Source: Chiloscyllium plagiosum (Eukaryota). Taken from it: DNA of 64,000 nucleotides. The stretch covers positions 32,982,290-33,046,289 of the forward strand of contig NC_057720.1 in NCBI RefSeq assembly GCF_004010195.1, written 5' to 3'. Both the position numbers and the translations under genes were made by a program. Below the pieces are notes generated by a model. That model was not told the DNA's origin. It searched no databases and saw only the letters and a program-made list of their open reading frames with translations. This document shows, piece by piece, positions 24,650 to 38,042 of the stretch (position 1 is its first letter; the number at the start of each line of letters is the position of its first letter).

Positions 24650-26180
24650 AGTCTCGCAATAATGCCACAAGGCCATCACCGCCTCCAGAAATCCTGAGCA
24701 ACACAGATGCTAGTCTTGCCAGCCAATTTGATTCACTCCATGTGATGTCAAGAAACAGTTTGAGGCACTGGATACTGCAACGGCTATGGACCCTGACTAC
24801 CACCTTTATAATAATACTGAAGACGTGTGCTTTAGAACTTGCCATACGGCTAGCCAAGTTGTTCCAGTATAGCTACAACACTGACAACTACCTGACAATA
24901 CAAAAAATTGTCCAGTGATGTCCTTCAAAAGCATGGACAAATCTAACCCATTACCAGTCCAACAGCCTACTTTCAACGCTGTACAGTGACGCCAGGTTTG
25001 GGTTCCACCAGGGCCACTCACCTCGTGACCTCTTAATAGCCTATGTTCAAACATGGACAGAAGAGCTGAATTCCAGAGGTGAGAGGAGAATGACAGCCCT
25101 TGACATCAAGGCCACATTTGACTGAGTGTGACATCAATGAACCCAGCAAGACTGGAGTCAATGGGAATTGGGGGTGAAAGTTCTTTGTAGGTTAGAGATA
25201 CACCTAGCACAGAGGAATATGACTGTGGTTATGGTCATCTCAACTGCTGAAAATGTGTTGCTGGAAAAGCTCAGCAGGTCAGGCAGCATCCAAGGAGCAG
25301 GAGAATTGACGTTTCAGGCATGAGCCTATTTTCAGCTCTGATCTCCAGCATCTGCAGTCCTCACTTTCTTATGGTCATCTCAACTCCAGGACATCTTTGT
25401 GGGAGTTCCTGAAGACCCTCCATCATAAGGTCACAAGTGGGGATGTTTGTTGATTGCATAATGTTCAGCATCTTTCACAACTTTTCCAATACTGAAGCAG
25501 TTCATAGCCAAATGTGCCAAGACCTGTCCACTGTCTACAAGGCACAAGCCAGGAGTGTGAAGGAATACTCCCATTTGCCTGGGTGAGTGCAGCTCCAACA
25601 ACATTTAAGAAGCATGACACCATCTAGACAAAGCAGCTCACTTGATTGGTACTACATCCACCAACATCCACTCCCTCCATCAATGATGCTCAGTAGCAGC
25701 AGTGTGCATTTCTACAATATCCACGCAAAACTTTGTCACAAATTCTTAACACCTTCCAAACCCACAACCACTACCATCTAGAAGGACAAAGGAAGCAGAT
25801 AATGGGAACACTATGATATGCAAGTTTTCCTACAAGCTAGTCACCATCCTGACTTGGAAATGGACAATACAAAAAATTGCCCAGTGATGTCCTTCAAAAG
25901 CATGGACAAATCTAACCCATTACCAGTCCAACAGCCTACTTTCAACGCTGTACAGTGACGCCAGGTTTAGGTTCCACCAGTGCCACTCACCTCGTGACCT
26001 CATAATAGCCTATGTTCAAACATGGACAGAAGAGCTGAATTCCAGAGGTGCTGGGTCAAAATCCTGGAACTCCCCCCTCCCTAAATGGCATTGTAGGTTC
26101 AAGAAGGCAGTTCACCCTCATCTTTTCAAAGAACATGCAATACATGCTGGCTGGGCCACTGATGTCCACATCCCATTAGA
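24650..26180 (+). mobile_element. Decayed non-LTR RT fragment, same family as 11975-15058
   Basis: gcccttgacatcaaggccacatttgac (ALDIKATFD) and the family 3' end ctgggtcaaaatcctggaactcc...cccacatccca-like. Contains a nested PLE-derived insert and a 188-bp internal duplication. Confidence 0.7.
25246..25368. mobile_element. Family A short inverted insertion with 17-bp TSD
   Basis: TSD ttatggtcatctcaact at 25229-25245 and 25369-25385. A minus-orientation segment is joined to a plus-orientation terminal segment. Confidence 0.85.
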
Positions 26181-26435
26181 GAACAAAACAAAGTATTGTA
26201 AGTACTGCATAGTCCGTAGCTGTGTTTTGAGAGATTTGTTTGCCTAGAATCGGGAGCCAAAACAAGTGGGTCTTAATCCTTCTGAATGATTGATAATGTA
26301 TAGTTTTATAACAGTGAATCTTGCCATTAAATGTACACAATTAAAATTAGTATTTTTTTAAAGGAGAAAAACAAAACCAGAGAGTTTTAAGGATACAAGC
26401 ATTCAGGAATTGAAAGCAATATACCAGGTCAATAA

Positions 26436-26607
26436 ATAAAAGCAAATTACTGCAGATGCTGGAATCTGAAACCAAAAGAGAAAATGCTGGAAAATCTCAG
26501 CAGGTCTGAGATTTGACAAAGGGTTAGTTAGACTCTCAATGTCAGCTCTTTTCTCTCCTTACAGATGCTGCCAGACTTGCTGAGATTTTCCAGCATTTTC
26601 TCTTTTG
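26436..26607. mobile_element. PLE-derived fold-back insertion with 15-bp TSD
   Basis: TSD ataccaggtcaataa at 26421-26435 and 26608-26622. Inverted arms caaaagagaaaatgctggaaaatctcagca / tgctgagattttccagcattttctcttttg. Confidence 0.8.
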
Positions 26608-27899
26608 ATACCAGGTCAATAAGATTATTTAACAAAAATTGGGATTCCAGATTTTCCAGAAGTAAAATAGTGAAGCTAAAGAATGATATTGAGGGTGTTA
26701 TGAAGATTCTGCATGTTCAACAGTTCTTCAATAACTTAATTTTCCAATAATCTTTCAAAATTTATTTCAAGTTTTATGGAAATACCTAAGAGTGGTTTAT
26801 TTAATAAGATAATAGGTCACTGTGGGCATTGCAATTATTTTTATCGAGGTCTCACAGAAATCACAAGACTGGAGGTAGCTTGCTTTGCTGTAGACCATTA
26901 CTGGGGCTGTTCATATGATGATTGGATGGAGAGTGCTTTGGTATCTAGAATGAGGTGGGGTCAAGAAGCGTGTGAGAAAGGGCTGTCCAAATGATCTCTG
27001 ATTTGTGAAAGAACCCTCTTGCTTAGTTTTTTATCGGAAAATGTGATTGGAGGAATGTCTCAGTATTGAGTTTCCTGAACCAGCTGTGCCAGACAACCAT
27101 GCATAATTGATAACTTGACCACAAATGCCAGGATATCAGAGCAATATCCTCTCAAACAGTCAATGCTTTATCTTTTCTCCTTCTCTAATAACCAAATGGT
27201 TTTCTTTTAGGTAAAGCCAATCTGTGCAGAGTAATCCATTTTTCCCTCTTTTGTTGAAGAGAATACATGGTGGGTTTGCATATGTAATTTTGGACCATTT
27301 TAGAGGAAGCATTTATATTTCGTCTTTACCCTCTGTATGTCTTAACAACTTATTGCATCTTCATTGACTAAGGTTTTTTTATTATAAACTAATACTTGTG
27401 TTTATTAAGACACCTGGTTGATTGATCTTATTGTTCAATAAGTTTTAAAGCAACAGTCCACTCCTCCAGCTTCAGCTGTAACAAGGATCTTGCGGAGTGT
27501 AAAATGGAGCATATATGGGAAAGAAGTGAAGTTTAGCATCCTAGTTATTAAGGAAACAAAAAGATTTAAGAAATTGAATCTTTTCTTCTAGTGGAGCAAA
27601 GTAAATTATAGGTCAACATTTTAGTTGTTTAAATTTATGAATAGACGTGAGAGTCTAGATAGAAGCACATTTATTTTCCTGTTGAGGAACTTGAATAAGG
27701 GGTTATATGTATAACATTAAATGTACAAGGGACTTCCAAGGTTGGTGGTTGAGGCAAGGAAACAGTCAATATTCAAGACAAGATGAAAGAAAAGTGGATG
27801 AAAGATGGAATTATATAATTAGGATTGTTTGGTCATGTGATCGGCAATGTTAGCTTAAAAGTACTCGATGAACCCACCTCCAACGTATTCTGAGGCAGA

Positions 27900-29510
27900 C
27901 GTCTGAAGTTGCACAATCCACTGAGAGGAAAAAAAATTCTTCTCATCTTTGTTTTAAAAGGATGATCCATACTTGTACAACTGTACCCCTAGTTTTGGAT
28001 GCATCCATTCCATATCCGCCTTGTCAAGACCACTTTAATCAGGTCATGTCTCATTCTTTTAAACTCCAGTGGAAGCAAGCCCAGCTGTCCAGCCTAATCT
28101 TGTAAGGCAATCCATTTACTCCAGATGTTAATCCAGTAAACTTCCTCTGAGCTGCTTTCATCTCATTTCCATCCTTCCTTTAAAAAAGCAGACCCAAACG
28201 ACACAGTACTTGAGATGTGGTCTCACCAATGTACTGCTTAACTAAAGCAGAACATCCTTACTTTTATATTAAGTTCCATTTGTAATATAGTGTAGTGTCC
28301 CATTAGCCTTCTATATTAGCATACTGATGTTTTGTGATTCACACGCTAAACAACTACATCTATCTACCCCTCAGAATTCTGCAGTTGCCCTCTGTTTGAG
28401 TAACACTCTGCTTTTTTATTCTCCCTGCCAACTTCATTTCTTTCCCATATATGCTCCATTTGGCAGATTTGTGCCCATTTGTTCAGCTTCTCTATAATGC
28501 ATCTGCATTTAAAGAAATCAACCAAATATAGTTGCAATGGCAGAACAGTCACTTCTATTGTGCTACAAACTACTAGATCACATCTGTGCGTTTTCCACGT
28601 ACAATCAACCGTACAATATTATTTGAAGAAATAGCTAAGGAGAGATAAAGCAGATGCAAAGATCTATTTGGATAGATTTTCAAAAAAAAATGTGATAATG
28701 TACCACAAAAGATTTACTGTCGTGAGCCTTTATCCTCACTAAGTAAAATATGATAATATAAAAGATAGAGATGGTTGCAGGGCAATAAGAAGAGGTTACA
28801 GTAAAAGGATATTTCTTCAAGTGGAAAGACACAGTGAGTGGGGCCTCACAGGGTCTGTGTTAGAGCTGCACTAATTTATAATGTGCATAAGTGATCAGGA
28901 CTTAGGAATTGATGGATCAACATCAGAATTTGTTGAATACACAAATTGAAAGGTATGGCAAATTGTGTCAGGATGATAAAAGACTTCAGGAAGATATGAC
29001 CTAGGAGAGAGAGCTTAAAGATGATGGGCATGGTTCACAGAGTGAAATGTGAAGTAGACCTTTTGAAAGCAAGAATATCGAAAGAAGTTGGTTTTTAAGA
29101 AAGTCAGATTTTAAATGGAGAGAAGAATTTGAATATTTAGATACCCAGGCAGTTAAAAGTGAAAATATAAGCCATCAAGGCCATGAATGGAATCACTGGT
29201 CATGTGTTGAATAGAAAAGCAAGGAATTAATGTTGAATTTGTACAACATGATTTAGATTGTGGTCAGTCTGTTTTGGATATCCCACAATAAGAATAATAT
29301 GAAGTCAATGAGAAATGTGTTGCTAGGATTGAGAGTCACAGTAAAGAAGCAAGACATGAGAAGATGGGCTTTTGAGCTGCAAATAATAATGATAAACACC
29401 TGTTTGTTATCTTTAAGACTATAAACTGTTCTAATGAAATAAATGGTGATGGATTGGCTTCACAGTTTGTTGAGATCATAATAAGAGAACAAATTTAAGG
29501 TAATTAGTAA
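27900..29510. mobile_element. Heavily decayed CR1 fragments (minus ~27900-28520; plus ~28640-29510)
   Basis: WAQICQMEH-like and atctatttggatagattttcaaaa (IYLDFQK-like) remnants. Confidence 0.5.
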
Positions 29511-30094
29511 AGAAATGGAAACGATTACGTTTTTTTTAAATTCAGTCTTGCCTTTTCAATTTATATTACTCAATTAACTTTTATTTTATCACCTTGTTTT
29601 TCATTTGAGCATTATATTTATTGTTTAAAACAAAAACCTTGCCAATGCTGAGCTTCAATATCTATAGAATTCATACAGGTAAAATCAGTCAGCTGAGACA
29701 TAACTCCATGCACTAGTTTCCAAACTAGCAAAGACCGAACAACAAAATTTCACCTGGTCATGTCACAGGCTTCACCAGATGAAAATAAATGTTTTATTTT
29801 CAGAGTGCTATATGATAGTTGATCGAGCCAGATGAGAATTCATTTGTAAGTGAGAGGGCTAGGATTTGCAAAGATTGAGATGTCTTTTGAATCCAAAGAC
29901 TGTATTCTACTTTCTTCCATGATAATGTTTTCTAATATGCTTAAAGGTATCAAATATTTACTTATGTCATATCTACTCTTCAGACTAAACTAATATGCAT
30001 TGCTTAAGACCTGAATGTATTCTTTTCAATCCTATTTTCCAACTTTAACCTATTTAATTACATACCTGCTTCTGCAATTACATGGCATGTATAG

Positions 30095-33000
30095 TTTTAA
30101 TATTTTTATTGAAAAATCTTTGTTACAAAATTATTAATTTCAAAAATATGAAAATATAACATAACAAAAACAACAATAAATCAACTACTATACTACTGTA
30201 CAGAAGAACTACACTCATTACACATCAATAAATAAATAAGTAAATAAGTAACGCCACTCAGCGTAACAAGACCTCCGCTCTCAACCTTCTACAGCATCAA
30301 TTATTAAACCTATGTTTGCTCAAAATTCTTCCTCTCAGGACATTAGGCTTATTAAACCAAACCACCATGGCTAGCAAAAGCCGTAATTAAAATGCTGGAC
30401 AGATTTCCTTCCAAATAATTGTAAAAGGCCTGCCATGTCTTATAAAAATTGTCCGTTTTCTCGTGTACCATGTTTGTAAGAAAGTCCAAAGGCATGTGTT
30501 CCATAATTAACTTATGCCACCCTGACAAACCCGGGGGTTTCTCAGCACATCAGAATGTCCTTCCTCGCACAAAAAGTGAGGATGCTAAAAAGCTGCTTCC
30601 CATGCACATCGAAGGGCGATAAATTCAGCAAACTCAGGAGAAGAGAAACTGAGTCCACCTTGACTTTGGTTCCCAAGTCTCTCTGTTACTCCCGCTACAG
30701 CGCTCCAGTATGTACAGAACCTCTGGCAAGACCACTAATGATGAGTGAGGGTACCTGTATTTATTTTACATTTGGGGCACATTGAAGATGCACCCTACTT
30801 AAATTTTGCAAGACAATCTGGGGCCAAATGAGCCCTATGAAGAATCTTTAACTGCATAGCCTTAGTCCTATTACATATCAATCTTCCTTGCACTCTCACA
30901 AATGTCCTCCGAAGTTTCTGGAGGGATCTCCAACCCTAAGTCTCTCTCCCAGACCTCCCATAATCGCTCGATGTCACCCGAGGAACCCCCCACCACCACC
31001 AAATGTAGAGAGTACTCACTGAAAGAGTGCTCTTAGCCTGAAACACCTTCTTTTCCGTATCAGATCTACAACGCGCAGTAGGAAGTGTAGTCTCTTTTTG
31101 GATAAAATCTCTGATCTGAAAAATCCCTGCTTGATAATCCATACTTATGAGTTATTTGATCAAATGATATTAACATTTCATCTTCAAACAGGTCACCCAA
31201 ACAAGAGACTCACCTATCTGCCCAGGACTTGAACCCGGGATCCATTGTCCCTGGCGGGAAACCTGGCATACCAACTATGGGAGTATGTAACAATGTTTTA
31301 GACATATTACCCTCCATCTGTGACATGCCCTACATGCTCTTACAGTATTAAAAGCTATTGAATTGCAATAATGTTCCGCAACTATCCTCATTTTGTCCTG
31401 AAGCAACAGGTTAATAAGAGGACACTTTGCCTGGGAGGCCTCAATGTTCAACCATATCAACACCAAGTCCTCACAGACCCAATCACTCTCAAAAGATAAA
31501 AGGGAGCTCAATTGATATCTTCTGACATCCAGGACATCCACTCCTCCCAACCACTGTGGCACTTGCAATTTCGTAAGCTTGATAAGAGGCTGCTTATGGT
31601 GCCAAATAAAGAAACTAAACCAATCATTTAATTTCCAAAACATTTGTCTAGGAAAAAGTATGGGAAGCATCTGCAGAGGGTATAATAATGAGGAAGAACA
31701 TTCATTTTAATAAAAGTAACTCAACCTCGCTGTGATATTGGAAGGCCCCCCCACCCCCCTCATCTTTGGTCTTATTTAATCTCCTCTGAAGGTCTTGTTT
31801 AATCTTGTCAAACAAATGAACACAATTAGCCTTGAATAACTGATCAAAACTAGGGCTAACAGAGAGGCCCAAATAAAGAAAGCCTCCCTGTGCTACTTAA
31901 AGGGGAACGCACCTTCCCCCAAGACCCCCATAGGCGTAGCCTCTAATTTTGAAAAAAATCGATCTTATAATCTGAGAAAAAGCCAAATGAATTAATACAT
32001 TGTATCAACTGGGGCACCGAAACTGCTGGGTTCGAAAGAAAAATGAGAACGTCATCCACATATAATGTGAACTTATGCACCTTTGACTTTACCTTTGGGG
32101 CAGCCATATTAGAAGTCCCACAAGTGGCCTCTGCCAGCGGCTCAATCACCAATGTGAAGAGCAAAGGTGAGAAGGAATAGCCTTGCTGACTGCCTCTACT
32201 AATGTTAAAATTATCAGGCTTTATACCATCAGTGAGAAACGCTGCCAGAGGATCACTGTAAAGGACCCTTACCCATCTAGTAAATACTCCACCTAGGCCA
32301 AACCACACCAGGGTATAAAAAAGATACAGCCATTCCACCCGATCAGATGTCTTCTCTGCGTCCAAGGAAACCATCAACCCTTGAACTGACCATTGCTGGC
32401 ACACTTCAGTCATGTTAAGCAGTCTCCTAACATTATTAGAAGATCTGTGATCCTTTATAAAGCCCATCTGATCCTCCTTAACAATAGAGGGCAATACTCT
32501 TTCCAACCTCAATGCCAGAGTCTTCGATAAAATTTTAAAATCAGAGTTTAAAAGCGAAAAGGGTTTGTAAGAAGAACAGTCCTCTGGGCTCTTCCCTTTC
32601 TTGAGGATAAGGAAGTTATTAGCCCCTCACAAGTATGGCGGGAGGCAATCCTGACTGTGAATATTTATAGATGTCTAACATCGGTCCTGACAGTATGTTT
32701 ACAAATTTGTTTAAAACACACTGGGCAAGCTCTCAGAGCCCGGGCACCTTTCCACTTTGAAGTTGCCTCACCGCCTCCTGTATCTCTTGCGCTGTTAACG
32801 GAGCACTGAGGAGAGACGGCTGTTCAGCAGACACACTAGGAAGATCTAAATTCCTAAAAAAAAACTCCATCTTATCCCATCTGTCCTCTCAGCATTCAGA
32901 CTGGTAAAGTTCAAAGTAAAACCTCCAAAATGCCTCATTGATCTTTTTAGCATCACAAGTAAGAGTCCCATTCCCTTCTCTAATAGAAGCAATAGACTGT

Positions 33001-35555
33001 GAGGCATTCTTCTTCCTGACCAAATATGCCAAGTATTTACCCGGCCTATCACCTTGCTCAAACAACATCTGCTTCGCAAAGGAAAGTTCCTTCCTTGCTG
33101 TATGCATGGCGTTTAAAGTGGATCGAAGGGCTGTGATCTGCTGCAGCTTACTCACTGACTGTCTACTGTAATATGCCATCTCAACTGTCTTCAGTTGTGC
33201 CTCAAGCAGATGTTGCTGCTCTCCCTTTTGTCGCTTCTGGCTGGCAGAGTATGAGGTAATTATCCCTTGAGCATAGGCCTTAGCAGCCTCTCAAAGAATG
33301 GACAGATTACTAGCTCTTCCTAAGTTGGTGGCCAAAAAAGTCAAATTTCCCGAGAGAAGAATTCTACAAACTTGCTGTCCTTGAGGATGAAGGGATCCAT
33401 TCGCCAGTACTGTGAGCCCGTTGCCTCACACTCCATCTTAACCATTAAATACACTGCTGCATGATCAAAGATGGCAATATTCCCAATCAAACAGGATATC
33501 AGCAAATCTAAATAAAAGCTGCTGGAGTTAGGAAATTATCAATCCTTGTGTGGCATTTATGAGGTTTGGGAAAGAATGTAAAATCTCTGCCCGTAGGGTG
33601 TAAACATCTCCAAATATCTACCAACCCTAGTTCCACACATAGACCACCCAACTGTTTAGATTGTGGAGAAAGCTTTGGGGGGCTTTTGGGCATTCTTTCC
33701 AGCACAGGGTCCATAATGCAATTAGTGTTCCCCCCACAATAATATGCCTTGCGCCAAGGCCATCAGTTAGAAATTTAAGAGAGTGGACTGGAGGACAGTA
33801 GACATTCAAAATACCATATTCCTCACCATGTATAAGGATCTTAAGAATAACAAACTGACCATACTCACCTTTAGCACAATCTATTAAATTAAATGGGAGA
33901 CCCTTCTGGACAAGTATTGCCACTCCCCTGCTCCTAGTACTAAAAGATGAGAAAAACACCCAATCAAACCCACCCTGCTGTAATTTCAAGTGTTCTTTGT
34001 CATTAAGATGAGTCTCCTGTAACAGAGCAACGTCCACCCTCTCCTTTCTAAGGTTTGACAACTCCTTTTTGTTAACTGGTGAATGACTCCCTCTGATATT
34101 CCAGGTGCACCATTTGAGAATGCTACTAACCAAGATCCTTTACAGTCGCCTGCCGAGAGGAAGAATTTGTCTTACTGCACACTTAGCATACTCAAAAGGA
34201 GACTCATAGAGTCTATTCACAAAATACCAAAAAAAAACTAACTACAAAACACAAAAGACTCTTAATGGGGAAGTCTACCCCCTGCCTACAGAGGGTGCTT
34301 ACATTTCCCACACACCCCCATCCCCGCTTTCAGCTCCAGCTACACCCCAAACCCCAGCAATGGAAGAAACCAAACAAGGACATTGTAAACACAAAGATAT
34401 AAGGAAAACAGTGAGCACTCTGCCCATCCCCTACAATATATCAATACCACTCCAGCTCTGAGAAAAAAACCCACCAACAGCTTCTTTGGGAAAGGAGTGA
34501 CAGTACAAGAAATAAAAGCAAGCAAGACAAAAAAAAACCCAGACACTATTGTCCATGTCCATAGATACATCTACATTATTTTAAAGTGTCCAAGAAGTTT
34601 TTGGCTTGCTCCAAGGAATGAAATGACCGCAAAGTCTCCTTGTAAGTAATACGAAGCAATGCTGGGTACCTCATCATATATTGAATACCAAGGTCCTTTA
34701 AACTTTTCTTAACCTCATCAAATGATTTCCTCTTATGGCTCATTGCCACAGAAAAATATTATCTTAGTTCCCTGATAGGTCAGGTCCTGTGGATCTCTCG
34801 CCAACCTTCCAGAAGTTTGCATACTCTCTGCCTGTCCCTGTAGCATTGAAATCATATCTGAACTAGGCAGGGGCACTGATGCTGACCGGATCTGCGCACC
34901 GCAACCCGGTGAGCTCTGTCAATCTTTACCCGTTCGGCCTTGGCATCCCAGCCAAGAAATTGTGGCAACCAGTCTTCAAAAAGACTTGCTGGCTACCCAC
35001 CTTCTACTCCCTTTGGCAGACCAACAACCCAGATATTTTTACTCCTACCTCTATTTTCCAGGTCATCGACTTGCTCAGTCAGGGCCAGAACCTGTTTCTC
35101 AACGGCCTGGATCCGCCCTGCCGAGGACTCAACCTCGGTCTTCGACACTGCGGTCCACTGATCAACCTCTCAACTCATTCTCCAAGCCCTTCCAACTCCT
35201 CCTCATGCTTTTGCAACCTGGTTGAGATGGCTCCAGTTGATTACAAGTCTCTTCCCTCATCTCCTGGCTTAGGTGTTGGATTGTTCCGAGTTTCTCCACG
35301 ACGTTCCACTGTGTAGGTATTTCTTTCACAGCTGCAGAGGGAACTGCAGCTGCTTTCCCAGTTAGTCTTGGGCCGTCCCACTGTTTTCAAGTGTCTAGAG
35401 TGTTGAGACTCAGCCATTTGCTTCCCCTTAGTCATTCTCACACACTCAAAAGGATTTAAACGGTTACTTTACCATTTAACAATAATTTTTTACAAAAAAA
35501 GTAAGGTGGGGGATAAAACAAATTACTACCTCGCCGCCATTTTGAATCCCACCCC
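30095..35555 (-). mobile_element. Near full-length decayed L1-clade LINE (5' UTR, ORF1, spacer, ORF2, 3' UTR), antisense to the host gene
   Basis: ORF1 remnants (VDDLENRGRSKNIWVVGLP; KRKSFDEVKK...RYPALLRITY, ~34576-35435). ORF2 starts at 34133 with APE (TWNIRG, LQETHL), then RT (LDAEK.SDRVEW, LYVDDVLIFL) and a C-terminal CPKC...H...WSC motif near 30720-30780. AATAAA and A-rich end near 30100-30115. Many frameshifts and stops. Confidence 0.9.
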
Positions 35556-35793
35556 AACGTGGTTTGTATTTTGATTGTTCTGAGATCTGACACCAATTTT
35601 TGTAAGTTATATAGCTTATTTTTGAATGCGTTGCCATTTCCCAAATCCATTCCCATCTTCTTTGGAATCCATGTATGAATCCTTTCGATCAAGTTTCTGG
35701 TCCAGCACAATGCCAAAGCAGGTCTTATCAGAGTCCATGTGGTATCCTATTGACTGTGACAAAGTTAACTACTACCTGCTTATCCTTCTCTGT

Positions 35794-36775
35794 CTCCTGT
35801 CTACCTCCTGCAAAAATGCCATCCCGTATTCCCAATTCCTCCGCCTCTGCCGTATCTGCTCCCAGGAGGACCAGTTCCACCACAGAACACACCAGATGGC
35901 ATCCTTCTTTAGAGACTGCAATTTCCCTTCCCACGTGGTCAAAGATGCCCTCCAATGCATCTTGTCCACATCCCGCACCTCCGCCCTCAGACCCCACCCC
36001 TCCAACCGTAACAAGGACAGAACGCCCCTGGTGCTCACCTTCCACCCTACCAACCTTCGCATAAACCAAATCATCCGCCGACATTTCCGCCACCTCCAAA
36101 CAGACCCCACCACCAGGGATATATTCCCCTCCCCACCCCTCTCCGCCTTCCGCAAAGAACGTTCCCTCCGTGACTACCTGGTCAGGTCCACGCCCCCCAA
36201 CGAACCACCGTCCCGTCGTGGCACACTCCCTTGCCACTGCAGGAATTGCAAAACCTGCGCCCANNNNNNNNNNNNNNNNNNNNNNNNNNNNNNNNNNNNN
36301 NNNNNNNNNNNNNNNNNNNNNNNNNNNNNNNNNNNNNNNNNNNNNNNNNNNNNNNNNNNNNNNNNNNNNNNNNNNNNNNNNNNNNNNNNNNNNNNNNNNN
36401 NNNNNNNNNNNNNNNNNNNNNNNNNNNNNNNNNNNNNNNNNNNNNNNNNNNNNNNNNNNNNNNNNNNNNNNNNNNNNNNNNNNNNNNNNNNNNNNNNNNN
36501 NNNNNNNNNNNNNNNNNNNNNNNNNNNNNNCTGACCTATCACCTCCATCCCCACCCCCATTCACCTATTGTAATCTATGCTACTTTCTCCCCATCCCCAC
36601 CCTCCTCTCATTTATCTCTCCACCCTGCAGGCACCTTGCCTCTATTCTTGTTGAAGGGCTTTTGCCCGAAACGTCAATTTTCCTGCTCCTTGGATGCTGC
36701 CTGAACTGCTGTGCTTTTCCAGCACCACTGTAATCTAGAATCTGGTTTCCAGCATCTGCAGCCCTTGTTTTTATC
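35794..36775 (+). mobile_element. 5'-truncated Penelope-like element (RT thumb, Cys-linker, assembly gap, terminal repeat with degenerate hammerhead), 13-bp TSD
   Basis: Open frame SCKNAIPYSQFLRLCRICSQ...PLVLTFHP...LRDYLVRS...CHCRNCKTC. 3' end ttgttga-a-gggc-tttt-gccc-gaaa-cgtc (36648-36675) plus the family A tail. TSD tatccttctctgt at 35781-35793 and 36776-36788. Confidence 0.88.
36264..36530. other. Assembly gap (267 N)
   Basis: Run of N. Confidence 1.
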
Positions 36776-37509
36776 TATCCTTCTCTGTTAGCAGCCTTTG
36801 ACATTGTTGACCACTCACTCCATGTAATGTCTCCGTACTGTTCTCAGCTGGTTGGGACTGCTGTCACCTGGTTCCAGAGATGAGCTTCTAACCTCATCTG
36901 TGCCATATCTACAACCACCCATTTTCGTCTCCTTAACTTCTGTCTCAGCTAATCTTCTGAAACCCTCATTCATTTATTCCTTTGTTGCCTGGATTATTCC
37001 CACACACCCAGGTTGATATCCCACATTCCATCCTCCACAAACTACCTGTGCAACAAATCTCATTCCCTTTCATCTGTGATTGCTGACCTACATTACCTGT
37101 TAAGTAATGTCTTTAGTTTAAAATTCTTATAATTGACTTCGAACCCTTCATGGCCTTGCCTCTTTATGTCTTCATAATCTCCTCCAGTTCCTAAAGCCTC
37201 CAAACATTTGCATTTTTTTTTAGTTCTGACCTCTTGTGCATACCTAAGTTTAGGTACCCCAGAATTGGTTGGTGTGCCTTTGGTGTCAAGGCTCCAAGTT
37301 CTGTAGTAGCCTCCTTATCCCTCTTACCACTATCCCATAAGGCACTCCTTAAAACCAATGTCTTTGGTCAAATTCTTCTTCAGCTGATCTATTCTCTTCT
37401 CACGTGTTGGAGTATTTTAATAATGCTACTGTTAAGCAATTCACAACATTCCATTATGTTAAAGGCACTTGATAAATATGAATTTTGGTGGTGTTCATGG
37501 TTCAATGAC

Positions 37510-37810
37510 TTTTTTTTAATGTATGAGGTATGAGCATTTCTGTCAAGTTTGGCATTTGTTGCCGATCTCCAATTGGATTGATTTGGCTCTCCAGGCAATT
37601 TCAGTTAAGAGTCAATCACATTACTGTGGTTCTGGAGTCACCTGCAGCCAGATTTTCTTTCCCAAATGACCTTCGTAAACTGGGTGGGTGTTAATGACAG
37701 TTGACAATGGCTACATCACTGTATGATCTGTCATGGGTGGATTTGAACCTATGTCCCCAGAAGATTATCCTGCGGCACTGGATTAGTAGCTCAGTGACAT
37801 TGCCGCTATG
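37510..37810 (-). mobile_element. tRNA-headed SINE, same family as 63525-63870
   Basis: gttaagagtcaatcaca...tctggagtcac...ggatttgaacc...ctggattagtag is the reverse complement of the family consensus seen at 63525. Confidence 0.65.
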
Positions 37811-38042
37811 CTTCCCCAGTACATTTGCACTGTACAATTCATTATAGCACTATGGACTCTCTCTGCATAGCGCTATAAATTCCATCAATGGAATCTTCCC
37901 ACTCCTGAACGGCCTAGGCCACGGTGAGAAAGTTGGAAATATCATGTGAAATAGCCAGCAAGGAACTTTTCAACATCAAGAGCAAAGTATCCATTTTTGA
38001 TCAAAGTTGTTGAAAAGTCAGATGAGATTCTCACTCGTGCAG

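Larger units (their letters stand above)
35690..37340 (+). mobile_element. L2-like LINE relic hosting the PLE insertion
   Basis: ctgcttatccttctc...gcagcctttgacattgttgaccac (LLILL..AAFDIVDH) is split by the PLE. L2-like 3' remnants follow. Confidence 0.55.

Noticed and set aside
35626..36733. Long ORFs (up to 302 aa) in the ORF track
   Set aside because: Inflated by the 267-N gap. The real part is the PLE fragment already annotated.
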